From: Deltaproteobacteria bacterium
GTDB lineage: Bacteria > Desulfobacterota > RBG-13-43-22
Length of the DNA: 64,000 nt
Direction: 5' to 3'
NCBI GenBank assembly: GCA_016219225.1
Contig: JACRBX010000202.1
Location: forward strand, 741-64,740
Shown: in pieces, positions 9,609 to 18,037 of the stretch
Numbering within the stretch: the first letter of the stretch is position 1
Layout of the letters: every line of letters starts with the position of its first letter
Position numbers and translations under genes: made by a program
Notes under the pieces: generated by a model
Database searches by the model: none
The model's input: only the letters and a program-made list of their open reading frames with translations
What the model was told of the DNA's origin: nothing

Positions 9609-10301
9609 ATGTTAAAATCCTGTAAGCCGGGATCGATTGTCGAGCAGATTTACAAGGCCCTTTGCGAAGGCATCATGGACGGTTCTCTGGCCCCCGGGCA
9701 GTCCCTGAGAGAGCAGGAATTGCAGGAGCACTTCGGGGTCAGCCGGGCCCCCATCCGGGAGGCCATTCGTTTGCTGGAAGCCGACCGTTTAGTAGTAGTC
9801 AGTGCCTATAAAAACAAGCATGTCCGTAAAATCACCCGGGAGGATTTATTGGAAACCATTCCGGTCCTGGCCCGCCTGGAAGGGGGCGCGGCTTTTTTAA
9901 CCTTGCCCCGGATCGGTCCTGCTCAGCTCGAAGAATTTCAACAGATCAACGAGGAGCTGAAAAGAAGTTACCGGGTCAAAGATATTACGGCCTGCATTGA
10001 ACAAAATTTCAATTTTCACCGTTTCTATGTCAGGGCCTGCGAGAATCAGACCCTTAGACAGGCCATCCGTCCCATGATGAAACGGGTGATCGGGTTGTGG
10101 GTCTCCTGTCTATATAACCAAACGCCGGAATTATTCAAAACCACCATAGCCGAACATGATCAGGTTCTTAAAGCCTTTGCCAAAGGGGATGCCGCGGCGG
10201 CGGAAACCAGCGTCCGCAAACATATCGAGAGTCTACTGGCCCGGGTGTTGAAGGCCTCGGTTTTTGATGAAGAGGGTAATTTCCAGATCCTAAGCCAATA
10301 A
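9609..10301 (+). CDS. GntR family (FCD domain) transcriptional regulator
   Basis: LREQELQEHFGVSRAPIREA HTH, NFNFH and EHDQVL FCD motifs. ATG 9609 follows GAGG; the longer TTG ORF start overlaps the operator. Confidence 0.93.
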   Translation: MLKSCKPGSIVEQIYKALCEGIMDGSLAPGQSLREQELQEHFGVSRAPIREAIRLLEADRLVVVSAYKNKHVRKITREDLLETIPVLARLEGGAAFLTLPRIGPAQLEEFQQINEELKRSYRVKDITACIEQNFNFHRFYVRACENQTLRQAIRPMMKRVIGLWVSCLYNQTPELFKTTIAEHDQVLKAFAKGDAAAAETSVRKHIESLLARVLKASVFDEEGNFQILSQ

Positions 10302-10345
10302 AAAAATCCAACCCGCCAATTTGCAAACAGGCAGGAGCCCATATT

Positions 10346-11875
10346 GTGAATGTAGGCAGTTTTCTTGATTTTTCAGCGGCACGCTTTCCGGATAAAACGG
10401 CACTGGTATTTAAAGATACCCGCTTAACCTACCGACAATTGCGTAAACGGGTACTCAGATTGTCTTCGGCCTTAGGCCGTCTCGGCCTTGAAAAAGGGGA
10501 CCGTGTTGCCACGGTCATGTGGAATTGCAGGGAGATGCTGGAAATCTATCTGGCGGCCGTCACTGTCGGAGCCCTGTTCACCCCCCTAAATTTTCGTGCC
10601 AGCCCCAAAGAGCTGGCTTTCCTGTTGGCTGATTCGGAGCCGTCGGTTTTGTTTGTGGATGAAAAATGCCGGGAGGCAGTACTTGCTGCCATTACAGATC
10701 CCCGCTTGTTTGAGCGATTATATGGCACCTCACCTTCCTCACCGGATTTGAAACTGTATGAGAATTTGATTGAATCTTCTTCCCTGATGGACCACGCGGT
10801 TTCAGTCAGCGGTAATGATCCCTGCCAATTGCTCTATACTTCGGGCACCACGGGGCGTCCCAAGGGGGTTCTTTTATCCCATGATAATGTCTGCTGGAAT
10901 TCCGTCAATATCGGCGCCGCCAGGCAAGACAGGGAATCGGATGTCGTCTATGTGGTCGGTCCCCTGTTTCACAGCGCCGCCCTGAACAGCATCTGCACCG
11001 CCCGCTTGAGCCGGGGTACCACCATCATCCTCCATGAAAGATTCGACCTGCAATACCTGATGGAAGATATTGAACGGGAAAAGATCACCTTCATATCGGC
11101 CCCCCCGACGGTGTTTATGATGTTGATGGAAAATTGCCGTCCTGGCGATTATGACACCTCGTCGGTCACCTCAATTACTTCAGGCGGTGACGCCCTGGGT
11201 GTGACGGCCCAACAGGCCCTTCGGGAATATTTCCCCAACTTTAAAGGAATCCATAATATTTACGGACTGACGGAGGGGGGGCCGAATTTAACCTGCCTCC
11301 CGGCCGAACAATCGATGGCCAAGTGCGGCAGCATCGGACTGCCTCTTCCCTTCCTTAAATTGAAACTCTTTGATGATCAGGATAACGAAGTCCCCAAAGG
11401 ACAGATCGGAGAAATCGTTGTCCAGGGACCCAATGTCATGAAGGGGTATTATCACCAGCCGGAAGCTACGGCCGAAGTCTTGAGAAATGGCTGGTTACAC
11501 ACCGGCGATTGTGCCTGGGAGGATGAGGAAGGCTTTCTCTTTTTGTCCCACCGTAAGAAGGACATCATTGTCAGCGGAGCGGAAAATATCTCCAGCCGGG
11601 AGGTGGAAGAGGTCCTGGCCAAACATCCCGATATTTTCCGGGCCGCTTGTTTCGCCGCCCCCGATGCCAAGTGGGGTGAGCGGGTGGTGGCTGCCATCAT
11701 ACCCCGGGGGAAGCGGGAACCGACTCTTGACGAAATAAGAGAGCACTGCCGAAAAGACCTGGCCGGTTATAAACTTCCCAAAGAAATAATGGTTGTTGAA
11801 GAATTTCCGGAAACCGGTCTGGGTAAGGTCAAAAAGTTCGAGCTTAAGAAGATGTATCTGGCAGGTCGAAAGTGA
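10346..11875 (+). CDS. Acyl-CoA synthetase (AMP-forming)
   Basis: YTSGTTGRPKG, YGLTEG, GWLHTGD, GKVKK; GTG start after AGGAG. Confidence 0.95.
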   Translation: MNVGSFLDFSAARFPDKTALVFKDTRLTYRQLRKRVLRLSSALGRLGLEKGDRVATVMWNCREMLEIYLAAVTVGALFTPLNFRASPKELAFLLADSEPSVLFVDEKCREAVLAAITDPRLFERLYGTSPSSPDLKLYENLIESSSLMDHAVSVSGNDPCQLLYTSGTTGRPKGVLLSHDNVCWNSVNIGAARQDRESDVVYVVGPLFHSAALNSICTARLSRGTTIILHERFDLQYLMEDIEREKITFISAPPTVFMMLMENCRPGDYDTSSVTSITSGGDALGVTAQQALREYFPNFKGIHNIYGLTEGGPNLTCLPAEQSMAKCGSIGLPLPFLKLKLFDDQDNEVPKGQIGEIVVQGPNVMKGYYHQPEATAEVLRNGWLHTGDCAWEDEEGFLFLSHRKKDIIVSGAENISSREVEEVLAKHPDIFRAACFAAPDAKWGERVVAAIIPRGKREPTLDEIREHCRKDLAGYKLPKEIMVVEEFPETGLGKVKKFELKKMYLAGRK

Positions 11876-11921
11876 AAGAATTAGGCGGGGAGTATAAAAA
11901 AAATTTTTGAGGAGGCATCAA

Positions 11922-13076
11922 ATGAAGGGAATCCTGAAAGGTGCGGTAGTTGTTTTCTGGTGTTCGGCATTATTTTTTATCTTTCATAGTAAGGCTGTGA
12001 GTCAGGAGATCAATATCGGCTTTACCGACCCCTTGACCGGACCGGCGGCTTATATCGGGATCGACGCCATGCACGGGGCCATGATTGCCGCCAAGGAGAT
12101 CAATGACGCCGGCGGGGTATTAGTGGCCGGGAAGAAGTATAAGGTAACGATCCGGACCTATGATGATGAAGGGGTCGGGGCCAAGGCCGTAGCCGGGATG
12201 CAACGATTGAAGGACAAATATGAGGTCCCGGTGATTATTCAAAACATCAGCGGTTCTATCATGGCCATGCTGGAAAAAAACGAGAAGATGGGCGTTTTGC
12301 TGATCGGTTTTTTCAGACATCCCCAGGCCACCAAGGTGGGTAACAAGTTGGTCCTGCGCCATCAACAATCCATCGAGGAAGATGCCATGAGCCTGGTCAA
12401 AGAGACCATGAACTTATTGAAAGTCAAGACCTATGCCATGATTTCCGATGTAAGCGATTACGGCAAATCCTCGGCCAAGGCCTATCAGGGGGCCTTTGAT
12501 AAATTGGGGATCAAGATAGTGGCTAATGAGTGGCTGGATCAACGCACCCAGACCGATTTTCGGGGGCAACTGACCAAGATCAAGGGCGCTAACCCCGATG
12601 TGATCATGCTTTCGGCCTATGATGAAGCAGCGGCCGGGGTCATCAAACAGGCCCATGAGCTGGGGATCAAGACCCCCTTTGCCGTTTCCACAGGCTTCCA
12701 GGCCATGGGCGAGAAACTGACGGGACCGGATATAATTGAAGGCTATTTAAAACCCCTTTCCTATTATGCCCAACTTCCTCCGCCACCGGGTGTGACCCGT
12801 TATAAGAGCCAATTGTATCCGGCCATGGGATACAAGGAACCGATCAGCATGTACGGTATGGCTTGCTACTCCATGGTCCATATTATCACCCAGGCCATGC
12901 AAAAGGCCGGTACGACTACCGACGCGGTTAAAATACGTCAAGCCGCTCCCACGATTTTTCCGATTAATGAGAACCACAATCTCTATGGAATGAAATCTTT
13001 TAAGGAAGACGGCGATGGGGTCCTGATCCTTAAAATAGGCCGGTACCAAAAAGGGAAACTGATCCCGATCAATTAG
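11922..13076 (+). CDS. Orphan Liv-type ABC substrate-binding protein (paralog of 38433-39575)
   Basis: Signal peptide, INIGFTDPLTGPAA, TDFRGQLTKIK; GGAGG RBS before ATG 11922. Confidence 0.92.
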   Translation: MKGILKGAVVVFWCSALFFIFHSKAVSQEINIGFTDPLTGPAAYIGIDAMHGAMIAAKEINDAGGVLVAGKKYKVTIRTYDDEGVGAKAVAGMQRLKDKYEVPVIIQNISGSIMAMLEKNEKMGVLLIGFFRHPQATKVGNKLVLRHQQSIEEDAMSLVKETMNLLKVKTYAMISDVSDYGKSSAKAYQGAFDKLGIKIVANEWLDQRTQTDFRGQLTKIKGANPDVIMLSAYDEAAAGVIKQAHELGIKTPFAVSTGFQAMGEKLTGPDIIEGYLKPLSYYAQLPPPPGVTRYKSQLYPAMGYKEPISMYGMACYSMVHIITQAMQKAGTTTDAVKIRQAAPTIFPINENHNLYGMKSFKEDGDGVLILKIGRYQKGKLIPIN

Positions 13077-13091
13077 GGAAAAGAAAATTTT

Positions 13092-13184
13092 AAGTTGCAA
13101 GTTGCAAAATGCAGGTTGCAGATTTTCGCTTTGAGCTTATTTCTTGAACCTGCGGTTATCGGCGAAAATCGGCGTCTTAATTTA
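13092..13184. repeat. Dispersed repeat family A
   Basis: 28-mer TTTTCGCTTTGAGCTTATTTCTTGAACC at 13123-13150 is identical to 63813-63840. Confidence 0.88.
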
Positions 13185-13290
13185 CCTTAACCATTATATT
13201 TTAAAACCCTTTTCCGTGTTCGAAGATAGCCGGTCCGTGTGTGGCTGTTTCTGATCAGGGTCAGGCTTGAAAAGATAGTATAGGAGTGTA

Positions 13291-14778
13291 GTGGTTACAG
13301 TTGAAAATAACATAGATGATAAACAAGGCTTGCTCCCGCCCCGGGAAAGGATCCAAAAACTATTGGATCCCGGAAGCTTCTTCGAACTGGACAGGTTGGC
13401 CACCCACCATTACCGGGAATTCGGAATGGATAAAAGAGAGATTCCGGCCGATGGCGTGATTACGGGCTTCGGACGGATCAACGGAAGGAAAGTCGCGGTT
13501 TATGCGCAGGATTTTTTGGCCCTGGGCGGCACCTATGGGGAGATGCATGGAAAGAAAATCTGCGCCCTCATGGATACGGCGGCCGAAGCCGGGGCGCCGG
13601 TCATCGGCATCTGTCACTCCGGTGGACTCCGACTTCATGAAACATTAGGTCCCATGGAGATGTTCGGCCAGCTTTTTAAAAGAAACAGCCTCTATTCCGG
13701 TCTGATCCCTCAGATTTCTGTTATTCTGGGGGTGGTGGCCGGAGGTCAGGCCTATTCCCCGGGTCTTACGGACTTTATCCTTATGACCAAAGGTAGCGCC
13801 ATTTATATTGCCGGGCCGGCTTTTGTCAAGGCTCAGACCGGCAGGGAGATCAGCGATGAAGAGCTGGGGGGGGCGGTGATGCACTCCAGGGTGAGTGGTG
13901 TGGTGGATGTTTTGGGAGATACCGAAGAAGAAGTCCTGCAGCAAACCAGAAACCTTTTGGATTTTCTGCCCCTGAATTGCCAGGACCCCACGCCGTACTT
14001 CCCGAATGATGACGACCCGGAGCGGTGTGAGGATGTCTTGAACCGGATCGTCCCGGAAGCATCCCATCGGCCCTTTGATATGAAGAAGGTTATAGGCCCG
14101 ATCTTCGACCAACAGACCTTCATGGAAATGAAGCCCGATTTTGCCCGGAACATGATCACCGGTTTTTCCCGGCTGGCCGGACAGAGCGTCGGCATCGTGG
14201 CCAATCAACCGAACCATCTGGGAGGGGTGATTGATATTAAGGCGGCTGAAAAGGCGGCCCGTTTCGTTCGATTCTGCGATGCCTTCAATATTCCGATCAT
14301 CACCTTTCAGGATTCTCCGGCTTATCTGATCGGCAAGGAAATGGAACAGGGGGGCATGATTTATAAAGGGGCCAAATTGCTTCACGCCTATGCCGAGGCC
14401 ACGGTTCCCAAAATAACCATCATCGTCCGGAAAGCCTATGCCGGGGCCTATATCGCCATGGGCAGCCAGTATATCGGGGCGGATTTCGTCTATGCCTGGC
14501 CGGGGGCGGAGATCTCCAGCGTGGCCCCCAAAACGGCGGCCAGCATATTGTTCCGAAAGGAACTGGCCGAGGCCGGGGCGAATGAACAAAGAGTTGAGGC
14601 CCTTTACCGGGATTATTATGACCGCTATGTCAATCCCTTGCGGGCGGCGTCTTTGCGGCACATTAATGATATTATCGAGCCGAAAACAACCCGGCCGATC
14701 TTGATCAAATCCCTTAATTGGCTTTCAGGGAAAAAACAACCCAGGCTTCCCAAAAAACATGGTAATATTCCATTGTAA
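13291..14778 (+). CDS. Acyl-CoA carboxylase/decarboxylase carboxyltransferase subunit (PccB/MmdA fold)
   Basis: RERIQKLLDPGSFFE, ADGVITG.G, ELGGA.MH, VANQP, KAARFVRFCDAFNIP, C-terminal KKHGNIPL. Confidence 0.93.
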   Translation: MVTVENNIDDKQGLLPPRERIQKLLDPGSFFELDRLATHHYREFGMDKREIPADGVITGFGRINGRKVAVYAQDFLALGGTYGEMHGKKICALMDTAAEAGAPVIGICHSGGLRLHETLGPMEMFGQLFKRNSLYSGLIPQISVILGVVAGGQAYSPGLTDFILMTKGSAIYIAGPAFVKAQTGREISDEELGGAVMHSRVSGVVDVLGDTEEEVLQQTRNLLDFLPLNCQDPTPYFPNDDDPERCEDVLNRIVPEASHRPFDMKKVIGPIFDQQTFMEMKPDFARNMITGFSRLAGQSVGIVANQPNHLGGVIDIKAAEKAARFVRFCDAFNIPIITFQDSPAYLIGKEMEQGGMIYKGAKLLHAYAEATVPKITIIVRKAYAGAYIAMGSQYIGADFVYAWPGAEISSVAPKTAASILFRKELAEAGANEQRVEALYRDYYDRYVNPLRAASLRHINDIIEPKTTRPILIKSLNWLSGKKQPRLPKKHGNIPL

Positions 14779-14844
14779 GAGGGGGTACGCGTTACGGGTT
14801 ACGAGTTGGTAGTTCAAAGTTCGATCTATTGAGCTTTGATCTCC

Positions 14845-14943
14845 TGTAGGGTGGGTGTAACGAAGTGAAACCCACCAATAAAAAAATGAAGTGAACCCCA
14901 TCAGGTTTATTGGTGGGTTCCGTTTCACTCCACCCACCCTACA
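14845..14943. repeat. Inverted pair of GTAG-type REP-like palindromes (REPIN-like)
   Basis: TGTAGGGTGGGTG...AAACCCACCAATAAA and its inverse TTTATTGGTGGGTT...CACCCACCCTACA. Confidence 0.8.
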
Positions 14944-14957
14944 AGCTTTCTCGCTAA

Positions 14958-15021
14958 GTCATTCCCGTTTTCACGGAAATGACGGAGAAGTTGTCGATGT
15001 GTTTTCAAAAAGCTAAACTGA
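14958..15021. repeat. Collapsed single-hairpin copy of repeat family C
   Basis: GTCATTCCCGTTTTCACGGAAATGACGGAG; its tail AAAAAGCTAAACTGA is shared with the copy at the window end. Confidence 0.75.
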
Positions 15022-15074
15022 TACCAAATATTTTATGATTATTGTATGTTAGGTTTCTAAGGAGAGAATAAAAA

Positions 15075-16238
15075 ATGTACTATCCACTAAGTGACGAAGT
15101 TCAGGCCCTCCGTGCAATGGCACGGAAATTTGCCAGGGCGGAAATTCTGCCCCGGGTGGCTGAAGATGAAAAGAATCATTCCTTCCAAAAGGACATCATT
15201 ACTAAAATGGGGGAATTGGGTTTTTTTGGATGCCCTTTGCCGGAAGAATACGGCGGATCTAATTTGGGTTTTTTGGCCCATGCGGTCGTAACCGAAGAGA
15301 TCGCCAGGGTCAGCGGGTCCATACGGGCCGCCTTTAATATGCAGACCATGGGCACGGCCCGGGAAATCTTCCAATTCGGAACAGAGTTCCAAAAGGAAAA
15401 ATATATATCCAGGCTGGTCAAGGCCGAAATCCTGGGGTGTATCGGTATCACCGAACCCAACGCCGGCTCGGACGTGGGCGGGATAAAGACCAAAGCTGTC
15501 AAAAAAGGCAATACCTATATTTTAACGGGTTCCAAAAACTGGATCACCTACGCCCAGGTGGCCGATGTGGGGATTATCTATGCCTATACCGATCCATCCA
15601 GGAAATATAAGGGACTCTCCGCTCTGATCGTGGAAATGAAATCCAAGGGGGTCAGCACTGGTCCCACGGCGGAAAAAATGGGTTGGATGGCCTGCCCCAC
15701 CGGGGAGATCTTTTTTGATGAAGTCGAGGTTCCGGCCGAAAACCTGTTGGGCGGACTGGAAGGAAAAGGCTTTGAGTGCGTCATGGCCGGGCTGGACAAT
15801 ACCCGGCTGACGGCTGCCGCCGGGGCCGTCGGGGTGAGCCAGGGCCTGATTGATGAGGCGGTAAAATATGCCCGGGAAAGAGAACAATTCGGCAACGCTA
15901 TAGGAAAATTCCAGATGGTTCAGGAAGAGCTGGCCCGGATGATCGTGGAAACGGAAGCGGCCCGGTTGATGACCTACAGTTGCGCCCAGGAAAAGGATGG
16001 GGGAAATACTCATAATACCTTAGAGACAAGCATGGCCAAATACTTCGCCTGCGACGTGGCCTCCAGGGTGGCTGACGGCGCTCTCCGGATCTTGGGAGCC
16101 TATGGCTATTCCAGCGAATATGCCGTGGAAAGGCTCTTCCGAGATGCCAAACTCTACCAGATCTTAGAGGGATCGGCCAATATTCAGAAGATGATCATCG
16201 CCACCGATGCCCTGGGATACCGGAAGGCCAACCATTAA
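15075..16238 (+). CDS. Acyl-CoA dehydrogenase resembling non-decarboxylating glutaryl-CoA dehydrogenase
   Basis: TEPNAGSD, GSKNWIT; SIRAAFNM and the C-terminal RILGAYGYSSEY...LEGSANIQKMIIA.D.LGYRKAN resemble the Desulfococcus-type enzyme as I recall it. Confidence 0.85.
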   Translation: MYYPLSDEVQALRAMARKFARAEILPRVAEDEKNHSFQKDIITKMGELGFFGCPLPEEYGGSNLGFLAHAVVTEEIARVSGSIRAAFNMQTMGTAREIFQFGTEFQKEKYISRLVKAEILGCIGITEPNAGSDVGGIKTKAVKKGNTYILTGSKNWITYAQVADVGIIYAYTDPSRKYKGLSALIVEMKSKGVSTGPTAEKMGWMACPTGEIFFDEVEVPAENLLGGLEGKGFECVMAGLDNTRLTAAAGAVGVSQGLIDEAVKYAREREQFGNAIGKFQMVQEELARMIVETEAARLMTYSCAQEKDGGNTHNTLETSMAKYFACDVASRVADGALRILGAYGYSSEYAVERLFRDAKLYQILEGSANIQKMIIATDALGYRKANH

Positions 16239-16245
16239 AAAATTG

Positions 16246-16305
16246 TTTGACAGGATAAAAAATGATTTATATGTATTTTCCAGATGATCCTGTAAATCCT
16301 GTCTA
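16246..16305. repeat. Nonamer-based inverted repeat (GACAGGAT...ATCCTGTAAATCCTGTC)
   Basis: Read directly; the same unit is tandem at 28581-28614. Confidence 0.65.
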
Positions 16306-16357
16306 ATAATGTTGTTGAATTTCAAGATCCTAAAAAGATACGGAAGGAGCTATATTC

Positions 16358-17134
16358 ATGAATGAAAATCCAATCTTACTCGATGTGAATCAAGGCGTAG
16401 CCAGGATCACCTTGAACCTTCCGGAGGTCCGGAACGCCTTGAGTCTAGAGGTTCGGATGACCATGGCCGAAATGTTTATGAAACTGGGTGAGGATGAGGC
16501 GGTGAAGGCTATCATTCTTACCGGGTCCGGAAAGGCCTTTTCCTCCGGCGGGGATATTCGGACCATGGAAGGGGTCAATCCGGTGGCCGGCCGTCTGCGG
16601 CTGAAAAAAGGCCATATCCTGATAAAGACCATGTTGGGACTGGAGAAGCCGATCATCGGGGCTATTAATGGGGTGGCGGCCGGGGCCGGGGTCAGCGTCG
16701 CCCTGGCCTGTGATTTTATAATAGCCTCGGAAGAGGCCCGTTTTGCTGTGAGTTTCAGCAAGATAGGACTGGTGCCTGATCTGGGCCTTTTTTACCTCCT
16801 GCCTTTAAGGATCGGGGTTCCCAGGGCCAAGGAACTGATGTTTTTCGGAGACGTTATAGATCCTCACCAGGCCGAAAGCCTGGGAATGGTCAACCGGGTG
16901 GTGCCGGCGGAAAAACTGGAAGAAGAGGCCCGGGCCATGGCCCAACGTTTGGTGCAGGGCCCAGGTCAATCCTATGCCATGATCAAGTCCGCCCTGAACC
17001 ACTGGCCGGCCGATCTGGATACCTTTTTGGAGATGGAATCGACCATGCAGGCCGTAGCTTTCAACAGCCGGGATTTCGATGAAGGGCGAAGGGCCTTTTT
17101 AGAGAAGAGGAGCCCGGTTTTTTGCGGTAAATAA
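16358..17134 (+). CDS. Enoyl-CoA hydratase/isomerase (crotonase) family, PaaG-like
   Basis: AFSSGGDI, AINGVAAGAG.SVALACD, FSKIGLVPD.G (Asp-type, both canonical Glu absent), EGRRAFLEKR.P. Confidence 0.92.
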   Translation: MNENPILLDVNQGVARITLNLPEVRNALSLEVRMTMAEMFMKLGEDEAVKAIILTGSGKAFSSGGDIRTMEGVNPVAGRLRLKKGHILIKTMLGLEKPIIGAINGVAAGAGVSVALACDFIIASEEARFAVSFSKIGLVPDLGLFYLLPLRIGVPRAKELMFFGDVIDPHQAESLGMVNRVVPAEKLEEEARAMAQRLVQGPGQSYAMIKSALNHWPADLDTFLEMESTMQAVAFNSRDFDEGRRAFLEKRSPVFCGK

Positions 17135-17269
17135 AAGGGGCCTTGAGGCCTTTATTGAAGTTCAAAAACCTGTCCTGTCAATATTTCTTCAACCCCTCTG
17201 ATACCGTTATAAATAACCCCCCCGACCAAGCCGGGGGGATTCTGAATTTAGTTTAAAGTTAAAAAAAAC

Positions 17270-17319
17270 TTGACAAAAGATTAATAATAAATTAAACCAG
17301 TCGTCAGTCGACAGTCTAC
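17270..17319 (+). promoter_or_regulatory. TTGACA element plus candidate GntR operator GTCGTCAGTCGACAGTCTAC
   Basis: TTGACA at 17270-17275; 17300-17319 matches 430-449 at 19 of 20 positions. Confidence 0.65.
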
Positions 17320-17338
17320 TAAAAAAGGACCTATAAAC

Positions 17339-18022
17339 GTGCCCCCTTTAAATAAAAAAAGAGCATTCAGCCCCCAATTTTCCCTCCCTCTGGTGGAACA
17401 GATCACGGAATTTTTGACCCATGCCATTGTGGATGGTCAATTCGAAATGGGGGGGCGGCTGGTTGAAAATGAGCTTCAACGGCAATTCGGGGTCAGCCGC
17501 TCGCCGATCCGGGAATCTTTCCGCATCCTGGAAAAAAAGGGTCTGGTCACCAGCATTCCCAGGAAGGGGACGTACGTCCGGAAGATTGTCCAGAAGGACA
17601 TCGAGGAGAACTTTCCGGTCAGGGCCAATCTGGAAAGCCTGGCCGCCCGCTTAGCCCTTCCCCATCTCACCCCAGAGGATATTGAAAAAATGGAAACCGC
17701 CTTTACCAGGATGGGAGAGGCAGCCCAAAATAATAATTTTAAATCCTATCTCAAGTATCACAGCGAGTACCATGATGTCTTTATAAGGGCCAGTCGAAAC
17801 GATACCCTGATAGAGATCCTGGACAACCTGAGAAATCAGGCCATCTGGTTCAGGTATTCCTATCTTTATGTTCAGGAATCATTTGAATATGCCATCCAGG
17901 TTCATCGAAAGATTTTAGACTGCTTTATAAAAAAGGATGCCGACCGCCTGGAGGCCCTGGTTAAGGAGCATATCCTGATCGCCCTGGAGCGGTTTATTCA
18001 GTTTTTAAACTCTCAGAAATAA
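17339..18022 (+). CDS. GntR family (FCD domain) transcriptional regulator
   Basis: LVENELQRQFGVSRSPIRES, PRKGTYV; GTG start. Confidence 0.93.
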   Translation: MPPLNKKRAFSPQFSLPLVEQITEFLTHAIVDGQFEMGGRLVENELQRQFGVSRSPIRESFRILEKKGLVTSIPRKGTYVRKIVQKDIEENFPVRANLESLAARLALPHLTPEDIEKMETAFTRMGEAAQNNNFKSYLKYHSEYHDVFIRASRNDTLIEILDNLRNQAIWFRYSYLYVQESFEYAIQVHRKILDCFIKKDADRLEALVKEHILIALERFIQFLNSQK

Positions 18023-18037
18023 AAAGAAAGGATAGGT

